Below are positions 26,281-38,939 of a stretch of DNA of 60,867 nt, one piece after another. Source of the DNA: Octopus bimaculoides. Its lineage: Eukaryota. The stretch is taken from the NCBI RefSeq assembly GCF_001194135.2, contig NC_068999.1, forward strand, positions 18,045,379 to 18,106,245, in the 5' to 3' direction. The stretch's first letter is position 1. Each line of letters starts with the position of its first letter. A program made the position numbers and the translations under genes. The notes under the pieces were generated by a model. The model worked only from the letters and a program-made list of their open reading frames with translations, was not told where the DNA came from and ran no database searches.

Positions 26281-26760
26281 CTACAATCTGTCTAGCCTAC
26301 GTGAAAGGCGTCTCCGAAAAGATAGAAAAGATATGCGGCTCATATGATATCAGGACAGTATTCAAGAGTAATACAACACTTCGCAAGTATTTTCCCAGAG
26401 TAAAACCACCAATAGAAAAGAGAATATAACCAAAAACTGCGTCTATTACATCCCATGCAGCTGTGGTAGGTTATACAAAGGCGAAACATCCAGCCCCTTC
26501 AAAATAAGTGTAGAAGAACAACGCAAAGCTGTGACACGGGAGGTATTGATAAATTGGGTATAGCTGATGATGTATGGAAAAATGGAGACCACCTCCTCCT
26601 GTTGGATGAAGTTAAAATAATAGAGAGAAAACACCACTAAAAATACGAAAACTAAAGGAAACAGCACATATTAGGACACAGCAACCTCCTAAGCAGACCG
26701 AGTGCAGATATGAAAAGCAGATGGGAACTGGTATTAAAGAAGTATAAGAAAATATTAGAT
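26281..26760 (+). mobile_element. Penelope-like GIY-YIG endonuclease 3' fragment
   Basis: LAYVKGVSEKIEKI...VFKSNTTLRKY and CVYYIPCSCGRLYKGET (GIY-YIG) followed by IRKLKETAH. Confidence 0.85.
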
Positions 26761-26889
26761 TTATAAGCCCTAAAATTCATTCCATAATTGCCCACAGTCA
26801 TATGGCGTAGAGGTTAAGATCGAAGGCTACTAACACCAAAATCCCGAGTGACCTGAATAATAATAGTAATAATAATATTTATTATTATT

Positions 26890-27075
26890 ATTATTATTAT
26901 AACAACACCGAAAAATTTCTTAGGAATGAGAAACCAGGTTCTCAATTTCCCCAAGATACCTTTTGAAGGCTGGAGGGTAAATCTGCCGAAACGTTGTGTT
27001 GACAACGAACAAGATGAGGACAAATGTCGGTCAAATGTAAATAATGTATATAATTCCTCATCTCTCAAATATAGA
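26890..27075 (+). mobile_element. PLE terminal repeat-like segment containing a decayed hammerhead motif (26956-26999)
   Basis: Lies immediately downstream of the GIY-YIG fragment: atac-CTTTTGA-a-ggctg..ctgcc-GAAAC-GTT-gtgt. Confidence 0.55.
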
Positions 27076-27198
27076 ACAGGTTAAACGAGAAAACACGCTA
27101 TATCTTCAAGGATATCAGGCTATACATTCACGCACACACATATACATATAAATACTTATACACTCACACGTACACGTTCAATACGTACATACACACAT

Positions 27199-27242
<44 letters not shown>

Positions 27243-27916
27243 GTGTGTGTGTGTGTGTGGGTGTGTGTGTGTGTGTGTGTGAGTAAAAATAATTACAAAT
27301 AAAGGGTTTTGTATGATCGTGTATAGTGGAATATATTATTTTATTTAAAAGAGTTCCAACTCTGTCTGTTTCTTATGTTTTTTTTTATTTATATTCTTGT
27401 AAAATTTATGTGGGATATAGAATATGGAATATATAATATAAAAAAAGATGGAAGGTACAATGAAATGAAGTATTGAATGTCTTATTGAATATATGGAATA
27501 CGTCTTATTGAATATATGNNNNNNNNNNNNNNNNNNNNNNNNNNNNNNNNNNNNNNNNNNNNNNNNNNNNNNNNNNNNNNNNNNNNNNNNNNNNNNNNNN
27601 NNNNNNNNNNNNNNNNNNNNNNNNNNNNNNNNNNNNNNNNNNNNNNNNNNNNNNNNNNNNNNNNNNNNNNNNNNNNNNNNNNNNNNNNNNNNNNNNNNNN
27701 NNNNNNNNNNNNNNNNNNNNNNNNNNNNNNNNNNNNNNNNNNNNNNNNNNNNNNNNNNNNNNNNNNNNNNNNNNNNNNNNNNNNNNNNNNNNNNNNNNNN
27801 NNNNNNNNNNNNNNNNNNNNNNNNNNNNNNNNNNNNNNNNNNNNNNNNNNNNNNNNNNNNNNNNNNNNNNNNNNNNNNNNNNNNNNNNNNNNNNNNNNNN
27901 NNNNNNNNNNNNNNNN

Positions 27917-27953
<37 letters not shown>

Positions 27954-30489
27954 GATACATACACACATTTATACATACATACATACATACTTACACACAT
28001 ACATACGTACATTACGATGCCCAGGATTTAAAAGGATGAAAGGTTTGAAGTAAATTTTATCCATGTTTCTAATCGTCTCTTTTCTGATAAGAATCTTGAA
28101 AGTACATCTTCTTTGTGAGGAAGCGTGAGATAATTATGGAAAAGTGGATTAATCTCCCATATTCAACCCATTGGAGCGATTGCCATTTATTCCAAATAAA
28201 CCATGATGTATTATTTCAGATGATTAACTCCGCTGCTAAAAGTAGTCAAGTACATTAATCCACATGTCTCCATATGAGGGACATTTATTGGCCTTCTAAA
28301 ATTTATCCGTTGTCTGTCATAATTTGATTAAGAGAGCAAGTGTTCAGAAAGCGAATTAATTAACAGAAGCACGATATAGCATATGGAGGAAGAGAGAAAG
28401 ACATTGGCGTTTTTAAAATGTACTGGGTTTGGTAAATTTCGCGAATTCAATAGGTTAAACGTACATACAAAAACACGGGAGGCCTTTCTATTTCTATCGG
28501 ACTAATGAAAATATCTACTAGGTTTATATTGTTGCAATTGGATGCCAAAGGAAGAGAACGTTTACATCTATTTGATCTAGGTTAAACTAGGGATAACTAA
28601 AATTAAAAGACGGCAGACATATTTAAACATCATCGATGTTTATTTTACTTTACACCTGGTTCATTTCAAATATGAAAGCTCGATCAATAAAACATAACTA
28701 GAAGACAATTCGGTCACAACCGAGAAACGAGACACTATCAACTGACACGAGAAAGCATAATATTTTATATACGCACCGTTTGAAATAAATTGCTTTTTGT
28801 CAGTTTGCTTGGCCTTATAAAACACATTTACACTATGAACACGTACAATGTGGATGTTATCAACCTCACTGGTATTAAAACAAGGGCGGATATCACGGGT
28901 ACACCCCATCTAGACAAACGTAGGAAATAGTAAACGTATTATAACTTAGCCTGAATTTTAAAGATTATGATGTCGATGTATACAAATTTACACACATACA
29001 TATGTACACATTGGTACACATACATACACATGCATATATCTTATGCCTGATATGTACCATAACTACATGTATAAGAGCATAACTACTGTTGTGCTGGTAT
29101 AAAGATTTTATATTGACTTGCTATGCGTAATACGATGGCTTACCTCCTCCGATATAGATTATGCATAACAGATCGTAATCATAAACTACGAAGTCTTGAA
29201 CTATACATATTAGGACATATTGCTAATGTTTATCTCTTAAATGTCCTCTAATATATATAATAGTGCTTGTAATAAAAACACAAAATATTAATTAATGGAT
29301 AACACTTTGAAGATGACATCATTATAGTGAACACCTATTTGTATATATATATATATATAAATATACAAATAGATGCGTATATATGCATATATATACCTTG
29401 CTCTCTCTCTCTCTCTTTCTCTCTCTCATACTTACACGTTATATATATATATAAATATCACTAAATGTGACTAAGGCTGCTGTTAGAAGGCCTACATTGC
29501 TAGAAAGAAGATCATAAATGTTCTCATGCTGTAGTTAGGGAACACAATTATATAGATATATGCTTAGAAATATTCTAATAACCGAAACACTGATTAGTTT
29601 CGGTTATATGCCCCTCAGCATATATTTAACCAAGTATATTCTTTCACTACAGCATGAGACCATCTAGCTGTTATTTCTACTAATGTTGGTGTTCTGAAAC
29701 CATCAGTTGCACTAAGTGACATTTATAGATTTCCTTTTTGGTAACATATTGCGCAATGTTATTTACATTAATATATATGTATGTATATATGTGACTGTGT
29801 GTTTGTGTGTTTGTGTGTCTGCGTGTGTGTGTGTGCGTGTGTGTGTGTGTGTGCGTATGTGTGGGTGTGCGTGCGTGTGTATGTGTGTGTGTGAGGATAC
29901 TATTTCCTCGTAAGGGATTGTTAATAATTCAGATACCAACTGGATTTATCAGATATATTGAAAGTTCTTCAATATATATGTATAAACAATCTCATAAATT
30001 ATAAATTTAATAAAAGAAAATGTAGAAGAAACAATAAAATAGATGCTTCGTTCCTTTTATTTGTACCACGATGGAAAAGTAATGCAAAAAAAGAAAAATA
30101 TATAAGAATAAGAATCAAAGAAACCGGATCAACAAAACAACCAAACATTATCCGAAAAAATAGTACACATATTTCAATCCGACAGTTTATATGAATCGTC
30201 AGCACTCGAACTTTTATAGATGTAATAAACCATATATTGCCGAGTATCTTCAAGGAAAAATAAATTTATTTTCCCCATCTTCAAATTCGAAATAACTTAT
30301 TTCAGGGTTTTGTTTAGTAATCTCCAAATGTAATAAACAACTTATTACGACGCGGCGTTCATGGGATTAGGAATTGATCTTTTAAATTTAGCTAATATTA
30401 AACGTGGAAATGATGCTAAAACATCAAATGCATTTGAAAAAATATATTTATAATTATACTTAAAATGTTATCTATAAAATATTTATAAA

Positions 30490-31666
30490 AGTTTATGGGA
30501 AGAAGATGGGAGAAAGACAAGTGTTGCCTATCACGAGGGGAATAATATACAAATAACTAGATTAAGAAATGCTAATAAATAAGGGATGAAAAGTTTGTTG
30601 AGATTTTACTACGATAATGTTCTTAGAGGTACTACAGAAAAATATATTTATATTCATGAAAGTTTATGGGAAGAAGATGGAAGAAAGACAAATACATCTT
30701 ATCATGAGGGGTTTAATATACAAAAAAATTAGATTAAGAAATGTTAATAAAGAAGTTTGTTTATATTATACTACCATAACGTGTTTTAGAAATACTACAG
30801 AGAAATATTATAATATTGGTATTATTTAGGTTTAAACAGGTTAGGATATAATGTTCGGTGCTCTAAAAAAAAATAGGTATGTGAAAAATATTAAGTGTAT
30901 AAGAAAGAAACATATTTTTCTCACATAAGAGATGCGAGAGAAATTTAAAAAAAACCTTGTTAAATTATTATTTCCCCAGGTCAAAATGTGAGTAACTAAG
31001 AATCACCATTTTTTGATATGGTTAACCGTGTCAGATTACTTTTTCATAATAATTCCAAAATATTTGTTTTACTACAGAAATATGTCTAAATGTGTTAGGG
31101 AGAATATGGACACAAATACGCACGTATAATTTTAAAATTCATTTTGATATACGTTATGATATATTAGGAGTGGCTGTGTGGTAAGTAGCTAGCTTACCAA
31201 CCAAATGGTCCCGGGTTCAGTCACACTGCGCGGCATCTTGGGCAAGTGTCTTCTACTATAGCCTCGGGCCGACCAAAGCCTTGTGAGTGGATTTGGTAGA
31301 CGGAAACTGAAAGAAACCCGTCGTATATATGTATATATATATATATGTATGTGTGTGTGTATGTTTGTATGTATGTGTGTGTTTGTCCCCCCAACATCGC
31401 TTGACAACCGATGCTGGTGTGTTTATGTCCCCGTAACTTAGCGGTTCGGCAAAAGAGATCGATAGAATAAGTACTAGGCTTCTAAAGAATAAGTCCTGGG
31501 GTCGATTTGCTCGNNNNNNNNNNNNNNNNNNNNNNNNNNNNNNNNNNNNNNNNNNNNNNNNNNNNNNNNNNNNNNNNNNNNNNNNNNNNNNNNNNNNNNN
31601 NNNNNNNNNNNNNNNNNNNNNNNNNNNNNNNNNNNNNNNNNNNNNNNNNNNNNNNNNNNNNNNNNN

Positions 31667-31710
<44 letters not shown>

Positions 31711-32030
31711 GGTTGGTTTAATGGTAATTATATGTACATTCTATTTAACAATGAGATTGGTATTATAGGTTAATAAATAGTAAGATTTAAGGTAAATTAT
31801 TGAATGATACAATTACAAGATGAGATATCAATAGATTAAAATTATGCTTATATATTGGTATCAAGTATTGATTATATAATGACTGTTTTAATAGATAAGC
31901 ATATTATTGTCAATTATTTTAAATGTGGGTTATATGAGTTATTTGGGTGTCCTAAATATAAAAAAAATTAAGTAGCGATGTATAGAATATGCAGCTGAAA
32001 ACTATTATGCAATAATTTATCATTTCTATA
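30490..32030 (+). repeat. Left arm of an old inverted duplication (interrupted by a SINE and a gap), with a 171-bp tandem duplication
   Basis: 30640-31165 and 31708-32030 align to the reverse complement of 34030-34510 and 33600-33900. The block aagtttatgggaagaagatgg occurs at 30489 and 30660. Confidence 0.75.
31167..31513 (+). mobile_element. Young tRNA-derived SINE (truncated by gap)
   Basis: ggagtggctgtgtggtaagtagc (A box), gggttcagtc (B box), then a conserved body. Confidence 0.9.
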
Positions 32031-32409
32031 TGTGTATATATAGAGTAAAAAATATTGAATTTACTAAGACGATGACAGTATTGCATAGAGTTAATAGTAA
32101 ATAGATGATATAGTTTAGGATGACGTTGTAAATTTACGTAAAGTTTGGATATATGTGAGATACATAGAGTATAAGTAACGTGGGGTTAACAATGGGTGTG
32201 CTATTATGTATTATTGTATTATGATGAGACAAGTATTCGATGAAGCATAACAATCGAAGTACAAATCAAAATGAGAAAAAATGTATTAAATTAATATTAA
32301 GGGTTAATTCAGGATTGTGGGAATAAAAATAGTGGTTATAATTATGCGCCTAATAAGAAATAGTATCCCAGAAATATATGCAAATGGTATTATTAATGGT
32401 AATTGAATG

Positions 32410-32700
32410 TATAGCGAACCATGATGCCTCATTCTGAAATATGAATAAACGTAACAGCACAGGCCTTATGAAATTTATCTGGAAACTTAACGAGAGCAAT
32501 AAAGCCTATAAAATTAGATGGAAAGTTATAAATAATGTTCGTTACTATAAATCACGTGCGAAGATACGTAGGCTCTGCCTAGATGAAACATACCATATCC
32601 TATTCTCTCAGAACAATCTCTTACAGAATAAATCGCATAAAGTTTACCAATATTTGCATGCACATAAATACACTTTTCTAAATTTATATAATCATATATT
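32410..32700 (+). mobile_element. Penelope-like C-terminal fragment
   Basis: NHDASF*NMNKRNSTGLMKFIWKL..YKIRWKVI..RLCLDETYHIL..LLQNK matches the PLE post-GIY-YIG consensus N.T.LS..IW.LK...W.I...C.LCL.EK. Confidence 0.8.
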
Positions 32701-32789
32701 TTGTTTCCAACATTATTTCAATATATTGTATGCATTGCATATAATTGCAATACCATATTAATTTTTTATATATATATGGAGAGAGATTA

Positions 32790-32798
32790 TTATCACTA

Positions 32799-32838
<40 letters not shown>

Positions 32839-33124
32839 TACTTTTATTTTTATAACGTACTTTCACTTCACTACCGAGCGCAGCTCTGTGCGCCTTGGGT
32901 ATGTGCTGTGGTTTGCTGTGGTGCTCTTATGTTTACTGTATTGAAAGTGTTTTGCGTAGAATGTGTGCAGTACCCAGTAGTGCAATTTTCTGTATGTTAT
33001 ATATATTTGTAAGTCCTGGTGTTTTTGTTATGTATTTGTCTGAATATTTTTTTATTATACCTAAGGCACCTACTATGATAGGAATTGTTTCTGTTTTTAG
33101 ATTCCACATTCGAGTTATCTCTAT
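32790..33124 (-). mobile_element. R4/Dong-like retrotransposon 3' end with (AAT)n tail
   Basis: IEITRMWNLKTETIPIIVGALGII..IQKIALLGTAHILRKTLSIQ* followed by a 3' UTR and (ATT)n on the plus strand. Confidence 0.9.
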
Positions 33125-33403
33125 NNNNNNNNNNNNNNNNNNNNNNNNNNNNNNNNNNNNNNNNNNNNNNNNNNNNNNNNNNNNNNNNNNNNNNNNNNNN
33201 NNNNNNNNNNNNNNNNNNNNNNNNNNNNNNNNNNNNNNNNNNNNNNNNNNNNNNNNNNNNNNNNNNNNNNNNNNNNNNNNNNNNNNNNNNNNNNNNNNNN
33301 NNNNNNNNNNNNNNNNNNNNNNNNNNNNNNNNNNNNNNNNNNNNNNNNNNNNNNNNNNNNNNNNNNNNNNNNNNNNNNNNNNNNNNNNNNNNNNNNNNNN
33401 NNN

Positions 33404-33490
<87 letters not shown>

Positions 33491-33599
33491 TAGGTAGATA
33501 TATAGATACATACATACATACATACATAGATATATATGTATGTATGTATGTATGTGTGTATGTGTATACACATATATGTGCGTTTTTGTGTATACATTG

Positions 33600-34606
33600 A
33601 AATAATAAATTCTATATTAGTTCTCAGCTACATATTGTATACTCCACCACTTAATTTTTCTTATATTTAGTATACCCATTTAACCCACATTTTAAATAAC
33701 TGATAATAGTATATTTCGTTATTAAAATATTATATTATATATATTATATTTAATACTCATATGTAAGTATAAATTTAATCTATTGATCTCTTCATCTTGT
33801 ATTTATTCCATTTAATAATTGACCTTAAACCTTACCATCAATCTATATCAATCTCATTGTTAAATAGAATGTACATGTAATTACCATTAAACAAAACCTG
33901 AATATATATATATTTAATACAATCCCTATTTTTACATAAGTGCCGTAAACTGAACATTTTATCTTTTATTTTATAAAATCTCATAATCGAGCATTAATGA
34001 CTGTTAATACTTTTAATATATTGCAATATATATATAAATATAAAACTTAAACCTACATGTCCGTATTTATATCTTTATTATCCCTAAAAATTATAGACAC
34101 ATTTCTCTAGTAAAACATGATATTTTTGAATTATTATTTAAAACATCAGACATGGTTAACCATATGAAAAAAGGGAGATTATTTGCTACTAAAATTTTGA
34201 CCTAGTGAAATAACATTAGCACCTGTTTTTAATTTCTCTCATCACCTATGCGAGTAAAATATATATATATATGTTTTATATATAACTAATATTACTTAAA
34301 TACTTAATATTTTTCCTTAAAAAAACGGAAATTATATCCTAATCCATTTAACCATAAATAATACCATTATTAAAATAATTCTTTGTAGTATTTCATCCCT
34401 TCTCTATTTACATTTCTCTGTCTAATTCTTTGTATATTACACCTCTCAAGACAAGTTACATGAGAACCTCTTGGACATCCTCTCAAAACCCTTACTAATA
34501 CATACACAGAGCTGCATACGTAATGACCTAGGATTGCTAAATCATGCGCCAGAAGCGGTAAATGAGCATAAAATTCTACTTCATGTGACGTTGACAACCG
34601 ATACAC
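33600..34606 (-). repeat. Right arm of the inverted duplication, including a 78-aa ORF (34370-34606)
   Basis: See left arm. NIQRIRQRNVNREGMKYY aligns with left-arm NIQITRLRNANK*GMK. Confidence 0.7.
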
Positions 34607-34619
34607 AAATATTCCCTAT

Positions 34620-36110
34620 GATTTTGGAATAACCGCAATCCAATACTGGTTAGACACTCCTCAATTTGAACTTCCAACACACAAAGAAAAGGAATTTATA
34701 ATTGATGGTCTCAGATTTATAAGACAACATCACTTTTACCTTCAACTGTTGGGATTACCGTCACACATCAAGGAGGGTGATGGCTACAAACGTAGCCCCC
34801 ACATATGCCAATTTAGTCATAGTATTCCACGAACAAAGAATCTACATCGGCACTCTTCTAATATTTGGTGATATATTCCATACACAACTCAGAAGCAATT
34901 GGAAGAGATACCTGGATTTTCGCCTTATTTTATGGGAGGAAAATATACTTTTCTACAGTAGGCCCTTCCTCATTTCCGAGGAGGGGCCACTCGATTAAAT
35001 TGATCCAAGTACGCAGCTGGTACTTACTTTATCTACCCCGGAATAATGAGAGATAAAGTCGACCTCGGGGTGCTAACGTTTCTGCCTGCTCGCCGCCTTA
35101 TCGCAGGAAAATATTGACAAGTTAACTGAATTCAAAAACATGATAAACAACCTCAGCAATAGCATCCAATTCACAATGGAGTGTAACCAGAAAGAAGGTG
35201 CCTTTCTGGATAGCCTAATCAAAACCCAAGATGGGAAAATAGAAACGGACATATTCTACAAATCCGCCGACTCCACACAGTACCTTCTTTTCACATTATG
35301 TCAGCCGAACACACACCAAACTCAGCATTCCTTTCAAACTGGCAAAGCGAATTTGTACAATAGTATCAGAACCATCCACACACGAACCAAATAGTCACTA
35401 GCGGAATAAACAAGACGAATGAAATGGATATGAATGAACTTAGGAAAACAAAAAAAAAGGAAAAATGGCTTACCACCCGTGTCAACTTTCAATTCCAGGA
35501 ACATCGAAATACTTGATCACACCAACAAAAACCTCCCAGTCTTAATTGCAGATGAAGAAATGAGAAAAATCTTAGAAAAACAACAAATTGTCGAAAGCAA
35601 AAGGCAGCCCAAAACACTAAGTCTTGCACATAGAAACCCGCAACCCACGGTCACAAAATGCAGGAACGAACTGCAGCACTTGCCGTTACCTAATTGAGGG
35701 GCCAGAATTTAAATTCAAAGATGGCCAAATTTCAAGCACAAGTTCAAACTCACCTGCATCATGGAAAATCTGATCTCCGTAATCACATGCAAACATAATC
35801 ACATAGGTGAGACGAGCCGATCTTTACGCAACAGGATGATGACTGCTCACCAACACATCCGAGACAAAGCCACGAGGGAAATTCCTTTTAACAGTCATAT
35901 TGCAACCTGTGCAGGAAGGGTCTTACCAACTTTTGAAATAGTTCCCGTCTACAGTTGCTCAGATTCCTTCTGGGGATAACAAAGACTGAATAAAGACAAT
36001 TTATCAGCAAGTATAAAGAACAATTAAATATAGACTCAACCACAACCAATACATAAGAACATACACTTAAAACAATTTTGTACATATTATCATCATTTTG
36101 AAAATTACTT
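34620..36110 (+). mobile_element. Penelope-like element relic (RT plus GIY-YIG)
   Basis: MATNVAPTYANL, NWKRYLD, IQFTME..FLD..IETDIFYKSADSTQYL, and NLISVITCK.NHIGETSRSLRNR...HIRD..REIP..HIATCA. Confidence 0.9.
34985..35100 (-). mobile_element. Internally deleted SINE inserted in the PLE RT
   Basis: Reverse complement aaggcggcgagcaggcagaaacgttagcac...gaggtcgacttt..ggggtagataaagtaagtaccag interrupts the RT frame. Confidence 0.8.
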
Positions 36111-36770
36111 CGCATCATCTCCTTAATATTTTTCCATTATTCATATATGCCAGGACATACACGCACATACACACACGCACATACACACACGCACACAGAC
36201 ACATGCAAACACAAAGGCACACACACACACAAACACACAACAATGTACGCACACATACACACAAGGGAAATCATCGTAGAGGAGCACACTCACACACGCA
36301 GTAAGTACAGTTAAACATACACTCACAAAAACACACATACACACTCATACACACAGCTGTTGTCAACCACCATACACACAAGTGCAGACAAGCAAAAGAA
36401 TACATTTAACCGAAAGATAAATCCAAATTCAACATACACGCCCATCAACTCAAAGCTGTTCATTTTTCAAAACATATTGAAAGGAAATTCCTCACAATAC
36501 ACATACGCACGCAATGCGCATACAGATGCAATGCGCAGACACACGTGGACTTAAAAACCATTAAAGCAATGCTTTTTAGTCACCCCTTTGACAGGAACAC
36601 ACAAATATTTCTCTCAGACAAGAGACACACCTTATCTCACTTCCAACACTTTGAACAATAAACCAAATAATATTTGAAGAAGACATCAACTAAAAAACCT
36701 TCAGACATCTTCTTGACCCCCCAGACAGAAGATAAACTATTTTTATTTAAGATTAGAATTGTTTTCCCTA

Positions 36771-36808
36771 ATATTCGATGAGATAATATACATCGAAACC
36801 GGTAATAT
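36771..36808 (+). ncRNA. Minimal type I hammerhead-like motif with a variant core
   Basis: atat-TCGATGA-gat(aatatac)atc-GAAAC-CG-GTA-atat. Stems I and II pair, stem III is the palindrome ACCGGT, and the core has TC in place of CU. Confidence 0.55.
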
Positions 36809-36849
36809 CTTCTTTACAAAGTTTTAATAGTAGTTTATTAAATTGAAAT

Positions 36850-37720
36850 GTCTTAGACTTACCTCTGTACTATTTCTACCTCCATTTCTTATATTACATG
36901 GGAAATTACGAAAACGAAGAATAATATTCTTAAGATTATAAACCTAGAAAAGTATGGTACAGGTAATTATACTTGGAAAATTTCAGGACAATTTATTACA
37001 TCTCGTAAAGTGCAGAATATGATTTTTTTTTTTTTACTTAGGATATTACAGCTAAAGATAAAATTTCAAATAGAATATTTAAATTCAGAAAATGTTAGCT
37101 CTTATTAAAAGTAGACATTTTATTACAAGTCATGACTTCTATTTTTTTATTAATTGTTACTTCTATTAAAAATCATAAATAACTAAAAAATATTTTTTGT
37201 ACTTTAAAAATGTTATTGATTAATTAGTAATATAATAATTATAAATTAGCTATTACAATAAATCTAATAATGTAAAAATTAGTTATATACTACAGTAAAA
37301 TCTACCTATAACAATAAATTTACTGTAGAATTTGACCCAATGCCTATTTCTTACATAAATAATTTGCCTACCATATATACTATTCTATTTTGCATAACAC
37401 TTTAGCTATAATTGTACTGCTGGCATTCGTGTTTAAAGTATTCTAGTGCGTCAATACTTTAACAAAATGATAGTACCTTTTTAATTATAATGTTACTTTG
37501 TAAATTAAAATCAGGTAAGTTTTAATATTAAAATGTGAAACTTAGCTGCAAACTTTTAAGTAATAATTTTCATTGCTGTACTTTACCAGATATCATAAGT
37601 TGTCCTGTACTTTTCCAAGTGTAATAACTTGTCCTGTGATTTTCCAGATTTATAATCGTAAGAACATTATTTCTCTTGATCTTCCATTTAATAACACAAT
37701 GCATGGATGTGCTACCTGTA
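36850..37720. repeat. Degenerate ~850 bp palindrome centred near 37300
   Basis: 36910-37050 aligns with the reverse complement of 37540-37680. A central 10-bp hairpin ctacagtaaa/tttactgtag lies at ~37290-37328. Confidence 0.65.
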
Positions 37721-37914
37721 TACAGTTCTGTGATACTCACATATGGTTGCTGAGGAACATCTTGTAGCTGAATTGTAAAGCGTTCGTGTATTCCATATCA
37801 TGAATTAAATGAGAACATTTGATAAACGCGACCAATTATTAAAAGATGATAAGCTTTAATGACCTTCTTACAGGTTTTTTTGTTGTTTTACCTATTCTCA
37901 ACGCATCCTTTATT

Positions 37915-38020
37915 CTCTTGTACTATACGAGATGCTATAACTTGTCCTGAACTTTTTAAATTGTAATAACCTCTACTGTACTTCTCCAGGTTTATGATCT
38001 GAAGAATATTGTTTCTCTTG
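37915..38020 (-). repeat. Third copy of the ~105-bp unit from the 36.9-37.7 kb palindrome
   Basis: Direct repeat of 37575-37680, 342 bp away. Confidence 0.7.
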
Positions 38021-38664
38021 CTCGCATTTTCCCCTATGATCCATGTTTTTCCAGGATATGTTATTATACTAATTAATAATGTGTCAATTAATAATTTAAG
38101 ATGTTACCTCATTGAAAATTAACTAATTCATTTAATAAATTTCTATTACAAATGACGTAATGAAAATAATTGCAAATTAGCTGTTTCTTTGATAATTTTC
38201 CACTTACAACCATGATGCCGGTGATATATATTAAAAGTCCCCTTATAGGACTATATTAATGAAAATGTATACAAATATATTATCACTCTCAAATTTGAGA
38301 AACAAATACTCGTAACTTTTGTCTTTTAAAACTTCATTGCATGACATTGATTCCATGAACTTCCTAGAATTGACCTCTATCATTTAAGCGTAATTAAAAT
38401 ATAGTTTGTTTTTAAAATAAAAATGTTAAATATACTTAAATCCAATTTCTTGCCTTATATTATTTTCATGATATTTTACCTCACAACTTATTTCATACAA
38501 ACTTTTGTTGCATCAGACCAGAACTATGTCGTTCCACATGCTTCTCTATATCATTGAAGCTAAGATAAATATATTTTGCTTTGAAAATAAAAAAGTTATT
38601 TTGATCTAAAGTTGATTGGAGACGTTACTGACTCTCCTTTAACGTTGCTATAAATTTTGATACC

Positions 38665-38683
38665 TATATCTATCTATCTATCG

Positions 38684-38733
<50 letters not shown>

Positions 38734-38740
38734 ATATATA
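38665..38740. repeat. (TATC)n tetranucleotide microsatellite
   Basis: Direct reading. Confidence 0.95.
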
Positions 38741-38939
38741 NNNNNNNNNNNNNNNNNNNNNNNNNNNNNNNNNNNNNNNNNNNNNNNNNNNNNNNNNNNN
38801 NNNNNNNNNNNNNNNNNNNNNNNNNNNNNNNNNNNNNNNNNNNNNNNNNNNNNNNNNNNNNNNNNNNNNNNNNNNNNNNNTGTGTGTGTGTGTGTGTGTG
38901 TGTGTGTCTGTATATGTGATCGATCACCTACCTCAATGT

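Noticed and set aside
30489-30780. CRISPR-like or other spaced direct repeats
   Set aside because: Only two long degenerate units in eukaryotic DNA, with no short constant repeats separated by unique spacers anywhere in the window.
37511-37520. Perfect CAG|GTAAGT donor
   Set aside because: All upstream frames from the nearest acceptor are closed, and the site lies in a palindrome arm.
37570-38070. Protocadherin or Ig/FN3 pseudogene interpretation of the 342-bp in-frame repeat
   Set aside because: DxNDN, LDRE and DxD motifs and the conserved Cys/Trp are absent or wrongly spaced, and a third inverted copy of the unit points to a foldback repeat.
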